A DNA stretch of 34,738 nt. It comes from a bacterium. Lineage in GTDB: Bacteria; Zhuqueibacterota; Zhuqueibacteria; Oceanimicrobiales; Oceanimicrobiaceae. A program made the translations under genes and the position numbers. Location: positions 1 through 34,738 of the forward strand of contig JBHHXT010000036.1 of the NCBI GenBank assembly GCA_046757165.1, given 5' to 3'. The notes beneath the pieces were generated by a model that was given only the letters and a program-made list of their open reading frames with translations, did not search any database and was not told the DNA's origin. Shown in pieces: positions 9,394 through 19,527 of this stretch; positions within the stretch are counted from its first letter, which is position 1; each line of letters starts with the position of its first letter.

Positions 9394-10719
9394 TCAAGAC
9401 GCCACAGCGTTCTCTTTCGCTGTAAACTGCTCTTCCTCTGTCGAGCCTTTGAGCGCGGTCGTGGAAGATTCGCCGCCGCCGATCGTAAGTTGAATCTGGT
9501 CAAAATAGCCCGCGCCGACGAACTTCTGGTGCTTGATCGCGCCGTAGCCAGACTCCTGCTCGAGCTCGAATTCGCGTTCCTGCAGGCGGGAATAAGCGGC
9601 CATGCCCTCGTTCTTGTATCCGAGTGCGAGCTCGAACATGCCTGTGTTCAACGAGTGGAACCCTGCCAGTGTCACAAACTGGAACTTGTAGCCCATTTCA
9701 CCGAGCAATCTCTGGAAGTCGGCGATGGTCTTGTCGTCCAGGTTGCGTTTCCAGTTAAAAGAGGGCGAGCAATTGTAGGCGAGCAGCTTGCCGGGGAATT
9801 TTTCATGGATTGCCTGTGCGAACTCTCGCGCTTCACCAACGTCCGGCTTCGATGTTTCACACCAGATCATATCGGCGTAGGGAGCATATTGTAACGCACG
9901 GGTGATCGCCCATTCCAGGCCGCCCCGTACTCGCTTGAAGCCTTCGGGCGTGGTCTCGCCGGTCAGGAATGGCTCATCGACGGCCGTATGGTCGCTCTGC
10001 AGCAGCTTTGCCCCGTTGGCGTCTGTTCTCGCGACAATGACGGTGGGGACGCCCATGACATCAGCAGCCAGCCGTGCGGCAGCGAGCTTTTGAATGAATG
10101 CGCGGTCCGAGACCAGAACTTTGCCCCCCATGTGTCCGCACTTCTTGGCCGAGGACAACTGGTCTTCGAAATGGACGCCGGCCACCCCGGCTTCGATCAT
10201 CGCTTTCATGAGCTCGTAGGCGTTGAGCGTGCCGCCAAAGCCGGCCTCAGCATCGGCCACGATGGGCGCAAACCAGTGGACGTCGTTTCCGCCTTCCATG
10301 TGCCAAATCTGGTCTGCGCGTTGCAGTGCGTTGTTGATTCTTCTGGCGAGCGCTGGCGCGCTGTCGGCAGGGTAGAGGCTCTGGTCGGGATACATGGTGC
10401 AGGCATGATTCGCGTCTGCAGCGACCTGCCAGCCGCTGAGATAGATGGCTTGTAAGCCAGCCTGCACCATCTGGATCGCCTGGTTGCCCGTCATCGCGCC
10501 CAGGGCGTTGACGTACGACTCGCTGTTGACCAGGGTCCAGAGTCTTTCAGCGCCGTGCCGGGCCAGCGTGTACTCGATGCGCAGGGTGCCACGCAAGTTC
10601 AAGACGTCTTCGGCCGAGTAGGGACGAGTGACACCGCGCCAACGCGCTTCGTTTTTCCATGCGGTTTGCATCGCCGTGGCTTCGGATAAGTGACCATTGT
10701 TTTTGTTGTTCTGGCTCAT
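9394..10719 (-). CDS. aceA: Isocitrate lyase (short bacterial type)
   Basis: [27 protein letters not shown], catalytic loop [35 protein letters not shown]. Confidence 0.98.
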   Translation of the reverse strand: MSQNNKNNGHLSEATAMQTAWKNEARWRGVTRPYSAEDVLNLRGTLRIEYTLARHGAERLWTLVNSESYVNALGAMTGNQAIQMVQAGLQAIYLSGWQVAADANHACTMYPDQSLYPADSAPALARRINNALQRADQIWHMEGGNDVHWFAPIVADAEAGFGGTLNAYELMKAMIEAGVAGVHFEDQLSSAKKCGHMGGKVLVSDRAFIQKLAAARLAADVMGVPTVIVARTDANGAKLLQSDHTAVDEPFLTGETTPEGFKRVRGGLEWAITRALQYAPYADMIWCETSKPDVGEAREFAQAIHEKFPGKLLAYNCSPSFNWKRNLDDKTIADFQRLLGEMGYKFQFVTLAGFHSLNTGMFELALGYKNEGMAAYSRLQEREFELEQESGYGAIKHQKFVGAGYFDQIQLTIGGGESSTTALKGSTEEEQFTAKENAVAS

Positions 10720-10735
10720 AGTGCCTCCTCTGATG

Positions 10736-12331
10736 TTAGTGCAAATAGGTGTATGTTTTCAGCGTCAGGAAATCGACAAAATTGTCATCTGTCACGAGCT
10801 GGTCAAAAATCTCCTTTGCGCGCTCGAACTCACCGGCCTTGAAGCGCGCCTCGCCCAGCAGCGTTTTGATTTTGTCCATCTCTTGGGGCAGGCAGGTGCG
10901 ATAAAGCTCGGGCGTGACCTCGCGGCCGTCTGCCAGTTTGGAGTGGCTGTGGAGCCACTGCCAGACCTGCGCGCGCGAGATTTCAGCCGTGGCCGTGTCT
11001 TCCATCAAGTTGTAGAGCGCTGCGGCGCCGATGCCCTGCAGCCAGGACTCCAGGTACAGCAAAGCCACGTTGATGTTTGTGCGCAACCCTTGTTCGGTGA
11101 TTTCTCCGCCCGGGATGGTGAAATTGAGCAGCTCTTTTGCCGTGATGTCGACCTCCTCGCGCAACCGGTGCTTCTGGTGGGGGTTGCGCTGCAATACCAG
11201 GTCAAAGCACTCCCTGGCCACGGGCACCAGGCCGGGATGGGCGACCCAGGTGCCATCAAAGCCGTCCCGGGACTCGCGCACCTTATCTTCCCGCACTTTT
11301 GCGAGCGCGACTTCGTTCACTTCAGGGTCTTTGCTGGGGATAAAAGCTGCCATGCCACCGATGGCATGCGCGCCTCGTTTGTGGCAGGTCTGAACCAGCA
11401 GCTCCGTATAAGCGCGCATGAACGGCACCGTCATGGTAATCTGCACGCGGTCTGGCATCATAAAGTCTTTCTGGTGACGGAATTTCTTGATGACGCTGAA
11501 GATGTAATCCCAGCGCCCGGCATTCAGGCCGGCAGAGTGCTCTCTGAGCTCGAAAAGAATTTCTTCCATTTCGAAAGCCGCCAGGATATTCTCGATGAGC
11601 ACGGTGGCGCGAATGGTGCCGCGCGGAATCCCGAGGGTGTCTTGCGCCAGACAAAACACGGTGTTCCAAAGACGGGCCTCCAGGTGGTTTTCCAGTTTTG
11701 GCAGATAGAAATAAGGGCCGGAGCCCTTCTCGAGCAGATTCCGGGCGTTGTGAAAGAAGAACAGGCCAAAGTCAAACAGCGAGGCCGAGATCGGTGTGCC
11801 ATCGATGAGCACGTGCTTCTCATTCAAATGCCACCCTCGCGGCCGCACCAGCAGCGTGGCGGTTTTTTCGTTCAATTGATAGCGTTTTCCGGCCGAATTG
11901 GTAAAGGTGATCGAACCTGTGACCGCGTCGCACAAATTGACCTGGCCAGCAATGACATTTTCCCAGGTCGGCGAATTCGCGTCCTCGAAATCCGCCATGA
12001 ACACGCTTGCCCCGCTGTTGAGGGCATTGATGATCATCTTGCGCTCCACAGGCCCGGTGATTTCCACGCGGCGGTTTTGCAGATCGTCCGGAGATGGGGC
12101 CACGTTCCAGGACGCGTCTTGGCGGATGTGTTCGGTTTCGGATAAGAAATGGGGGTGCTTGCCCGAGTCGATTTCGGCTTGTCGGGTTGCCCGGTCTGCA
12201 AGCAGGGCCAGACGTCTGCTGTTGAACTCCCGGTGCAGGTTGGCAACGAAATCGAGAGCCTTGCTGGTCAAGACTTCTTCAAACCGGGGCAAGATTTTGC
12301 CCTTGACCGAGATTCCGTTTTGGTGGCTCAT
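10736..12331 (-). CDS. aceB: Malate synthase A
   Basis: [69 protein letters not shown]; lies directly upstream of aceA. Confidence 0.98.
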   Translation of the reverse strand: MSHQNGISVKGKILPRFEEVLTSKALDFVANLHREFNSRRLALLADRATRQAEIDSGKHPHFLSETEHIRQDASWNVAPSPDDLQNRRVEITGPVERKMIINALNSGASVFMADFEDANSPTWENVIAGQVNLCDAVTGSITFTNSAGKRYQLNEKTATLLVRPRGWHLNEKHVLIDGTPISASLFDFGLFFFHNARNLLEKGSGPYFYLPKLENHLEARLWNTVFCLAQDTLGIPRGTIRATVLIENILAAFEMEEILFELREHSAGLNAGRWDYIFSVIKKFRHQKDFMMPDRVQITMTVPFMRAYTELLVQTCHKRGAHAIGGMAAFIPSKDPEVNEVALAKVREDKVRESRDGFDGTWVAHPGLVPVARECFDLVLQRNPHQKHRLREEVDITAKELLNFTIPGGEITEQGLRTNINVALLYLESWLQGIGAAALYNLMEDTATAEISRAQVWQWLHSHSKLADGREVTPELYRTCLPQEMDKIKTLLGEARFKAGEFERAKEIFDQLVTDDNFVDFLTLKTYTYLH

Positions 12332-12436
12332 CCTTGTGGCACTCCTTTCCTTTGCTTTATTTTTTTCATCGCGTCATCGATGCGGGTTTTGGGGTATATC
12401 CTTTTTATCGCTTCATCACAATCGGTCTTTAGCCGG

Positions 12437-12557
12437 TTAGCGGAATTTCGCCAAAACTTAATATTCACAGATAACGAAAATGCTAATTTCTACTGAAATA
12501 TGACATTTTGTTGATCAGCGGCAAGCTCTTGTTGTCAAATTAGCGGAATTTCGCTAA
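12437..12557. promoter_or_regulatory. Two palindromic operator candidates TTAGCGGAATTTCGC(C/T)AA in the aceB/regulator divergent spacer
   Basis: Copies at 12437-12454 and 12540-12557, 17/18 identical, TTAGCG-N6-CGCTAA symmetry; each followed by an A-run and AATATTC. Confidence 0.7.
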
Positions 12558-12740
12558 AAAACAATATTCGCTTATTGCTATTGTACATAAACGGCGATGT
12601 TTTGCGGAGAGGTGAGAAAAGAAAAACGACTATTTTCGCTTTTGATGAAAATTCTTTCGATGTGCGGATTTATTCCTTATATTCTCTCCACCAGGGGGCA
12701 ACAACAGAATGTTGGTGAGATCATAGAGAAAGGGGCGTGT

Positions 12741-14252
12741 ATGGATTCCAATGGCGGAAATCTGCGATTCATTCTCGGCCTGAAGGTCAAGCAGTATCGG
12801 CAAAAAAAGGGGTACTCCTTGAAGGACGTGGCCGAGCGCACCGGTGTTTCTATTTCTTTTTTGAGCGAAATCGAGAAAGGCAAGAAGTATCCCAAGCCTG
12901 AAAAGATCATGCAGCTTGCCAGGGCATTAGAAATCACCTTTGACGACCTGGTTTCCCTGAAGGTCGACAAAGAGCTGGATGCCTTGACCTCCCTTTGGGA
13001 CTCGCCTTTTCTCAAGGAGTTTCCCTTCGAGCTGTTCGGCATCACGCCACGCGATTTGATGGAGCTGATGACGACATCGCCGAGCAAGGCCGGGGCGTTC
13101 CTCAGGACGTTTCTCGAGATTGGCCAGACGTATGACATGCGCGTCGAACATTTCCTGCTGGCAGCCTTGCGTTCCTATCAAAAGATGAACCAAAACTACT
13201 TTCAGGATATCGAAGAGGCGGTGAACGCATTTTTGAAGGAGCAGAAATGGACGCCGCAGCCGACGGTCTCTTTTGAAAGTTTGTGCGCGATTTTTACCGA
13301 CAAATATGGTCTGACGCTGGAAGAAAGCGACTTCGCCAGGTTTCCTGCGCTGCAGGGGTTTCGCTCCATCTGGGTCGACGGCGATCCGAAGAAGCTCATC
13401 ATCAACAGCAATTTGATGCCTAACCAGAAGGCCTTTATTCTTGGCCGGGAGATTGGCTATTCTTACCTGAAACTCAGAGAGCGCGCCCGGACGTCTTCGT
13501 GGATAAAAGTGGAAAGCTTTGAACAGGTGCTAAACAATTTCAAGGCCTCTTACTTTGCCGGCGCCTTGCTCATCAGCCGGGATTTGCTGCGCAGAGATCT
13601 GGCGCAGTTCTTCAAGAAAAAAAGATGGGATGGCGAAGGGTTTCTCGGTTTGATGCATCAGTACAATGCCACGCCGGAAATGTTTCTTTACCGCCTGAGC
13701 CAGCTCATCCCGAGGTTCTTTGGCTTGAACGAGATCTATTACATCCGCTTCAACAATATCACGGGCAAGGATAGTTTTCATTTGACCAAAGATTTGAACA
13801 TGTCGCGCGTGCCCGTGCCGCATGGCATTGGGCTCAACGAGCACTATTGTCGCCGCTGGTTGTCTATCACGCTTTTGAAAGAGCTGGCCAAAGATCACAA
13901 GCCAGAAGGTGGCGCTGAAATCATTGTGGCGACGCAGCGCTCTCGCTTCGTCGAAAGCGATGCGGAGTTCTTGACCATCACCCTGGCCCGGCCGCTGGTC
14001 TTGAGCCAGCGCACCAATTCGAGTATCTCATTCGGTTTCTTGATCGATGATGATTTGAAACGCGTGGTGAAGTTCTGGCAGGATCCCACCATCCCGAAGA
14101 TCGATGTCAATGAGACCTGCGAACGGTGTGGGCTGGTCGAGTCCGCCTGCAGCGACCGCGTGGCCCCACCCGTTCTGTATGACATGAAACAAAAGCAGTT
14201 GATCCAGGAGAATACGTTGCAAGATTTTCTTCAGGAGATGGAGGACGTCTAA
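12741..14252 (+). CDS. XRE-family HTH transcriptional regulator, RamB/PrpR-like (short-chain acyl-CoA regulator), probable aceBA regulator
   Basis: N-terminal HTH (YSLKDVAERTGVSISFLSEIEKGKKYP); HYCRRW and C-terminal CERC-X6-C Cys motif; divergent from aceBA. ATG 12741 follows aagggg. Confidence 0.85.
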   Translation: MDSNGGNLRFILGLKVKQYRQKKGYSLKDVAERTGVSISFLSEIEKGKKYPKPEKIMQLARALEITFDDLVSLKVDKELDALTSLWDSPFLKEFPFELFGITPRDLMELMTTSPSKAGAFLRTFLEIGQTYDMRVEHFLLAALRSYQKMNQNYFQDIEEAVNAFLKEQKWTPQPTVSFESLCAIFTDKYGLTLEESDFARFPALQGFRSIWVDGDPKKLIINSNLMPNQKAFILGREIGYSYLKLRERARTSSWIKVESFEQVLNNFKASYFAGALLISRDLLRRDLAQFFKKKRWDGEGFLGLMHQYNATPEMFLYRLSQLIPRFFGLNEIYYIRFNNITGKDSFHLTKDLNMSRVPVPHGIGLNEHYCRRWLSITLLKELAKDHKPEGGAEIIVATQRSRFVESDAEFLTITLARPLVLSQRTNSSISFGFLIDDDLKRVVKFWQDPTIPKIDVNETCERCGLVESACSDRVAPPVLYDMKQKQLIQENTLQDFLQEMEDV

Positions 14253-14261
14253 AGCGTGGAC

Positions 14262-14636
14262 TCAATCAAAGCCGGGCAGCTCATCACGCATCAAGACCAG
14301 AATCGCCGATTGCGGCACGACGAGATAATGTTTGCCTTCAAATTCGATTTCCACGGCTGAACTGTTGAGAAAGATGGCGTAATCGCCCACCTGGGCCTGC
14401 AGTGGAATGTATTTGATATCCTCTTTGGGCGTCGACGACCAGGGTTCATCTTTTATGGCGTTCGGGTCGGGCATGGGATACCCCGGGCCGACTTTGACGA
14501 CATAGCCACCGCGAACTTTTTGCCGTTCCTTCACCCCGGGCGGTAAATAGAGTCCAAACTCGGTGCGATTCTGTTCGGTGGTGCAATCGATCAGGATCCT
14601 GTCGCCGACGACCAGGAGTTGTTTTTTCTTCTGCAT
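14262..14636 (-). CDS. GroES/Cpn10-family protein (no groEL in window)
   Basis: VVGDRILI..RTEFGLYLP..GYVVKVGPG..QVGDYAIF..EIEFEGKHYLVVPQSAIL. ATG at 14636 overlaps the upstream stop (TGATG). Confidence 0.85.
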   Translation of the reverse strand: MQKKKQLLVVGDRILIDCTTEQNRTEFGLYLPPGVKERQKVRGGYVVKVGPGYPMPDPNAIKDEPWSSTPKEDIKYIPLQAQVGDYAIFLNSSAVEIEFEGKHYLVVPQSAILVLMRDELPGFD

Positions 14637-15103
14637 CACCAATTCCCTCGCAGCTTTTTCACCGCCTCCAGGATGGCCGTCACCGGCTTGACACTTCTCA
14701 TGCAATGGCACACGGTCCCCGCCAGCGTGTCCATGAGTTCCTCTTCCGTGGGATCCGGAATTTTGTCCACCAGCGCTTTCATCGCCATCATCATCCCCGG
14801 GATACAATAACCGCACTCGATATCGCCGAAATCCATCAGGATCTCCTGCAGGGGCGCGAACTCTCCGGCGTCGCGAACGTTCTCAAATGTCTCAACGGAC
14901 TTACCGTCGGCCTGGACTGCCAGCACAAGGCAGGCGCACACCGCTTGCCCGTCGAGGATGACGGTGCAATTGCCGCATGATCCGGTCTCACAGCCATGTT
15001 TGACGCTCCAGCATCCGTGCGAACGCAGAAGATTGCTCAACGTTTGATTGGGGGGAACGTCGACTTTTATTTTGCGCTTGTTTAAGGTGAGTCGTAGGTC
15101 CAT
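14636..15103 (-). CDS. 2Fe-2S small subunit of xanthine/CO/aldehyde dehydrogenase family (CoxS/CutS-like)
   Basis: GCETGSCGNCTVILDG..C and CGYC..CHC cysteine sets. Confidence 0.9.
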   Translation of the reverse strand: MDLRLTLNKRKIKVDVPPNQTLSNLLRSHGCWSVKHGCETGSCGNCTVILDGQAVCACLVLAVQADGKSVETFENVRDAGEFAPLQEILMDFGDIECGYCIPGMMMAMKALVDKIPDPTEEELMDTLAGTVCHCMRSVKPVTAILEAVKKLRGNW

Positions 15104-15113
15104 TTAGCTGTTT

Positions 15114-15962
15114 TCAGAGCTCCTGCTCAGCCTGCTCCAGACATTGCTCGAGCGTCTTTTTGACCAGCCCGCGGCTTACTTCTTTGCGGTATTCTTCGCT
15201 GGCCAGGTCGTCTGAAATCGGCTTGTAGACGTCACAGGCGGTTTCAGCTGTGCTTTCGATGTTGGCACCCGTCAGGGAACGTCCTTCCAGGGCGTGTTCT
15301 GCTGCTGACAATCGTTGCGGCACGCGTGCGGTTCCCGTGATGGCAAGCTTGACATCCTGACACGTTCCCTTGTCGAGGGTAACGCGGGCGCACGCACAAA
15401 TCAGCGCATTCTGGTTTTGGTGGCAGATGGGAACCATGGCAGCAAACGACGGGGTCGAGGGTTTTGGGATGATAATCTCCACCAGCAGGCCCCCGCTAAG
15501 CCCTTTCTTGTTCAGAAAGATATTCATCGCCAGAGCAAACTCCTCGCCGCCGGCGATCCGCACCTGTGCTTGCAGCACCAGCAGCGCACAGTAGAGTACA
15601 GAAAGCGGGCCTGTCGAGACCAGTTCTCCGCCTAAAGTCGCCATATTGCGAATCATTTTTGAGCGGTGGCTCAATTGCGCCGCCCTGGAAACAAGGCCAC
15701 CGGTCGTTTGAGTCAGTGCCGGGCCTTCTACCACCGTTTGCAGCGTCGTGGTTGCCCCAACGCGAATCTCGCCGGCATTTTCATGGATGTAGCTCAGTTG
15801 CAAAGAAGTGATATCGACAAGCTCTTGTACGATGTCATTTTGAGATGGGACTAATTTGGTGCCACCCGCGATAACCAGAATAGAGCCTGAGTTTTTTTCC
15901 AGCAGGGCCAGCGCCTCGGGTATCGACTTGGGACGAAAGTAGCGCTTTAGATTAGATAACAA
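15114..15962 (-). CDS. FAD-binding medium subunit of xanthine/CO dehydrogenase family (CoxM/CutM-like)
   Basis: YFRPKSIPEAL, IAGGT, RVGATTTL, IRNMATLGG, PISDDLASEEYR. TTG start at 15962 preferred because the ORF extension to 16046 overlaps a promoter. Confidence 0.85.
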   Translation of the reverse strand: MLSNLKRYFRPKSIPEALALLEKNSGSILVIAGGTKLVPSQNDIVQELVDITSLQLSYIHENAGEIRVGATTTLQTVVEGPALTQTTGGLVSRAAQLSHRSKMIRNMATLGGELVSTGPLSVLYCALLVLQAQVRIAGGEEFALAMNIFLNKKGLSGGLLVEIIIPKPSTPSFAAMVPICHQNQNALICACARVTLDKGTCQDVKLAITGTARVPQRLSAAEHALEGRSLTGANIESTAETACDVYKPISDDLASEEYRKEVSRGLVKKTLEQCLEQAEQEL

Positions 15963-16014
15963 CAGATGATCTCTGAGATTAGAAGGTGAATCATCTTCAG
16001 GTACGATAAATTTC

Positions 16015-16043
16015 AATATAGGACAATTTGAGCAAGTTGTCAA
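16015..16043 (-). promoter_or_regulatory. Sigma70 promoter for the coxM-coxS-groES-like operon
   Basis: Minus strand reads TTGACA, 17-bp spacer, TATATT. Confidence 0.6.
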
Positions 16044-16229
16044 CACAATTTTTTGCGCAATCGGAATTTCACATGTCGCACTCTATCGCGATGGCACCTA
16101 GGATTTGGGGGCTAATGTTAGAACCGTGACCTAACGATTAATAGAGTAGATCGCCAGTGCCTTAGCTTGAAACAATGTCTTTGGCGAGAACACATATCCG
16201 GGCGAGGGAGAAGACAGACGGAGCGCGGG

Positions 16230-16387
16230 TTGAATGGATTCATGACATAAGTATAATATTTACAATCAACTCAAGAAATATCCAGCACGGCTCGACTTTT
16301 GGTACGTATGTTGTAAATCAATTCTTAATATTTCTTAAGCTTTTGAATCTGCGTATCTTGAAACATGAAGGTATTGATAATTATAAT
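16230..16387 (+). promoter_or_regulatory. Two candidate sigma70 promoters for the EPS operon in an AT-rich leader
   Basis: TTGAAT(16230)-16-TATAAT(16252) and TTGAAA(16358)-18-TATAAT(16382). Confidence 0.45.
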
Positions 16388-16497
16388 TCTAAACATTTTT
16401 CGTTTCAGATGCCTTCAAGAGCTTCAAGCTGTAGTCCATGGGAAGGACTGTTTGAACAGGTAAGGTTTGAATCATTTCTAAAGACAGGATATATTGG

Positions 16498-17025
16498 ATG
16501 AGCTTGACAAGGCATACACCAGGGGTTTTTGCTTCCACTATTTTGCTTGTGGCCTTACTTTTGTGCCCAAACCGGGAGGTGCTTAGCCAGGACCGGTACA
16601 TTGTCGGTGCCGGGGATCAGGAGCAAGGCCTTCAGATGATTGTGCATGTCATCGGAGAGGTGAGGAAGCCAGGCGAGTATCGTGTTCTTGATGGCACCAA
16701 CATCCTGGAGCTGTTTTCAAAAGCTGGAGGCCCGACTCAATTCTCAAAGCTCAGCGGCGTCACCATCAGCAGGATTAGGCATGGCGTCGCGGGCAACGGC
16801 CGCAACGGGAATGGCCGCCTCAAAACAGGGAACGACATCATCAGAGTAAACATAACTCATTATCTCAAGAAGACGAATGCAGCGCCACCGCCCCAGTTGA
16901 AACCAGGCGATGTTGTCTTCGTGCCGCGAAATGGGTGGAGCAAATGGAGGAACATCGCGACGATTGTTCGAGACGTCTCGGTAGGTATCAGCCTCTATTT
17001 GTTGTATCTGCGTGCCAGAGACTAA
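16498..17025 (+). CDS. SLBB-domain polysaccharide export protein (short Wza/OPX-like)
   Basis: Signal peptide; VHVIGEVRKPGEY..ELFSKAGG..LKPGDVVFVP; C-terminal amphipathic/hydrophobic helix; immediately upstream of wzc. Confidence 0.8.
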   Translation: MSLTRHTPGVFASTILLVALLLCPNREVLSQDRYIVGAGDQEQGLQMIVHVIGEVRKPGEYRVLDGTNILELFSKAGGPTQFSKLSGVTISRIRHGVAGNGRNGNGRLKTGNDIIRVNITHYLKKTNAAPPPQLKPGDVVFVPRNGWSKWRNIATIVRDVSVGISLYLLYLRARD

Positions 17026-17064
17026 CGTGCTTCCCAGCACACATTGCCTTAAGGAGTAGCAGTA

Positions 17065-19410
17065 ATGCAAAACAACGATAGCCAGCAAATTGTTGCGCTA
17101 ATCTCGAAGGTTTTCAATCGAAGGAAGCGGTTGGTGCTGTTTAGCATCGTCGGTATTCTCATCCCCATCGTCTTTTACAACCAGACCGCGACCCCGACCT
17201 ACCAGGCTTCAACCAGCCTGATTTTTGAGGAATTGACGAATCCGATCGCAAACTACAGTTATGACCTGTCACGTGAGATTCTGATTCAGAATCGTCTGGA
17301 AGAGATCAAGAGTCTGGCCTTCTCGGAGGACATCGTGAAGGCCCTGCCGGTCGAGACTTATGACAATTATCCGGTGCCGGAAGATGCCGGGCCGGATTTC
17401 GATCGTTTCGGCTACCTGAGTCAAAAGATCAATCGAAGCGTCAATGCGGTCTCGATTCGCGGGTCGAATATCATTCAAATTGTCGTTGAGAGCGATGATC
17501 CGGCGCTGTGCCGCGACCTTGCCAATACGGCGGCCCAGGTGTTTCAGGACAGAATGTACAAGGTTAAACACGAAGGCGTCAGAGGGGTTCGTTCCTTCAT
17601 CGAAGAGCAGCTCACACGAGCGAAGCGACAGTTGAACCGGACAGAGGAAGAGCTGAGACAATTCAAAGAGCATAACAAGATCATCTCCATCGATAAGGAA
17701 TCCCAGGGGTTGCTCAGGAGAAGAACAGAAGCCGAGGTGCTCTACAATTCGGTCAGGTCAAGCCGCGAATCTGTTCAGGAACGGTTGAAAACGATCGAGA
17801 AAAAGCTGCATCTGCAAAAGCAGGATTTGGTGCCTTCCATTACAGACATCGCGACCCCCTATACCCAGAAACTGAAAGAGAAGCTGATCATGCTGCAGGG
17901 CCAGTTTACAGACTTGAGGTTGCAAGGCTACGGGCTCGAGCATCCCAAGATGACGCAACTGCAGAATGAGATTAGCGAAACGAAGAAAAATTTGACCAGT
18001 GAGGCACTAAAAGTCGCCAAGAGTGAGAATATCATCGATCCTATCACTCAGATCGAGAAATCCGTGAACGATTCCTATACTCTGCAGGTCGAACTCGAAG
18101 CGCTAAAGGCGCAGGAAGCGGCCCTGAGACGGACCATCGACGATTATGAAACCAAGCTGGCCACGCTTCCAGAAAAGGAGTATGTCCTGGCAAGGCTGAC
18201 CAGGGAAAAGGAAGTCACGGAGCAAAATTACATGATGCTCTTGAAAAAACATGAGGAGGCCAGAATCTCCGAAGCGGAAAAGCTTGCCAGCATCAGAATC
18301 ATAGATACGGCGCGCAAGCCAGAGGAGCCCATCGCCCCGCGCAAGAAAGTCAACTTTGCTATCGGTTTGGTCCTGGGTCTGTTGGTCGGGTTTGGGCTGG
18401 CCTTTATCAAGGAAGTCAGCCATAACTCGCTGGATTCCACCGAGGAGCTGGAACGGGTGACCGGCTGGCATGTCCTGGCGGCAATACCCGTGATCGAGAA
18501 TTCCACCGGCAGCAAAATGGGCTTGCACAGCCGCGCCACCAATGGCAGCTCGAAAAGCCCAATGATCAAACGGAGTCTCATTACGGGCAGTAACCCAAAG
18601 ACGGGCATCGCCGAAACCTACAGAATGCTGCGCACCAATTTGCAGTTTCTGGGCCTGGGCCAGAAGTTCAAGACCATTCTGGTCACCAGTGTCGGACCGG
18701 ACGAGGGCAAGTCAACGACCATGACCAACCTTGGAATTACTCTGGCCAAGATGGAGCAAAAAGTCTTGATTGTGGATTCAGATTTGAGAAAACCTCAGCT
18801 CCACGCTCTTTTCGACCTGGACAAAGAGCCGGGGTTGAGCGACCTGTTGGTTTATCACAGCGCGATGAAGGAAGATTTCTCTCCCATGGAAAATGAGTCA
18901 CCGCTTCTGGGCGATGGCTTCAAAGGTCAGGAGCTGGGAGACCTGGTCGATAATTTCTCTGACTTCGTGATGAACGACAACTTCTTGTCCAAAATCAAGA
19001 ACCTTCCCGGCCTAAGCAATCTGAATATCCTCAACAGTTCTCTGATCGAAGCCGTTCAGTCAACGCATGTTGAGAATCTGAAGGTGTTGACAAGTGGCAA
19101 GCAGTTGAAGAACCCCAGCGAAACCATAGCCACGGTTTCTCTGAAGGCTTTGTTAGACGAACTCAAGAACAAATTCAACGTCGTGCTCATCGATTCGGCG
19201 CCGCTGCTGCTGGTTCCGGAAACCATGATGATCTCCTCCCTGGTTGACGGCGTCATTTTCGTCGTAGATTCCCAACGGTACAACCAGGAGATGTTGATGA
19301 AAGCGAAGAATCTGCTACAAAAGGCCAACGCCAATGTCATCGGCGCCGTGCTGAACAACATCGAAATCAATAACAGGGAAAAGAACAATTATTACTATTA
19401 CGAAGCCTGA
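17065..19410 (+). CDS. wzc: Polysaccharide co-polymerase / tyrosine autokinase (Wzc/GumC-type)
   Basis: Two TM segments flanking a coiled coil; PEEPIAPRK; ETYRMLRTNL; Walker A GPDEGKST; VDSDLRKP; VLIDSAP; C-terminal YYYY cluster. Confidence 0.93.
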   Translation: MQNNDSQQIVALISKVFNRRKRLVLFSIVGILIPIVFYNQTATPTYQASTSLIFEELTNPIANYSYDLSREILIQNRLEEIKSLAFSEDIVKALPVETYDNYPVPEDAGPDFDRFGYLSQKINRSVNAVSIRGSNIIQIVVESDDPALCRDLANTAAQVFQDRMYKVKHEGVRGVRSFIEEQLTRAKRQLNRTEEELRQFKEHNKIISIDKESQGLLRRRTEAEVLYNSVRSSRESVQERLKTIEKKLHLQKQDLVPSITDIATPYTQKLKEKLIMLQGQFTDLRLQGYGLEHPKMTQLQNEISETKKNLTSEALKVAKSENIIDPITQIEKSVNDSYTLQVELEALKAQEAALRRTIDDYETKLATLPEKEYVLARLTREKEVTEQNYMMLLKKHEEARISEAEKLASIRIIDTARKPEEPIAPRKKVNFAIGLVLGLLVGFGLAFIKEVSHNSLDSTEELERVTGWHVLAAIPVIENSTGSKMGLHSRATNGSSKSPMIKRSLITGSNPKTGIAETYRMLRTNLQFLGLGQKFKTILVTSVGPDEGKSTTMTNLGITLAKMEQKVLIVDSDLRKPQLHALFDLDKEPGLSDLLVYHSAMKEDFSPMENESPLLGDGFKGQELGDLVDNFSDFVMNDNFLSKIKNLPGLSNLNILNSSLIEAVQSTHVENLKVLTSGKQLKNPSETIATVSLKALLDELKNKFNVVLIDSAPLLLVPETMMISSLVDGVIFVVDSQRYNQEMLMKAKNLLQKANANVIGAVLNNIEINNREKNNYYYYEA

Positions 19411-19527
19411 TGTTGATGGTGGTGAAATCGGGGTTTCCCAATAGAGCTGATTCTCAACGAAAATGACAAATTCTGCCCCGCATCGTACTCATTTGAGGAA
19501 ACGGGTTTATCAAGAGCGTAAAGCAAC

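Noticed and set aside
10697..12145. 482-aa ORF on the + strand
   Set aside because: Fully antisense to aceB with no recognisable motifs; a shadow ORF caused by codon bias.
14637..14816. N-terminal extension of the GroES-like ORF to 14816
   Set aside because: It overlaps the 2Fe-2S gene in another frame; the GroES fold begins at ATG 14636 with a TGATG coupling.
15963..16046. N-terminal extension of the FAD subunit
   Set aside because: It overlaps a near-consensus TTGACA-17-TATATT promoter; family similarity begins near 15962.
16175..16501. 108-aa ORF upstream of the SLBB gene
   Set aside because: AT-rich promoter-containing region with atypical composition and no motifs; probably non-coding.
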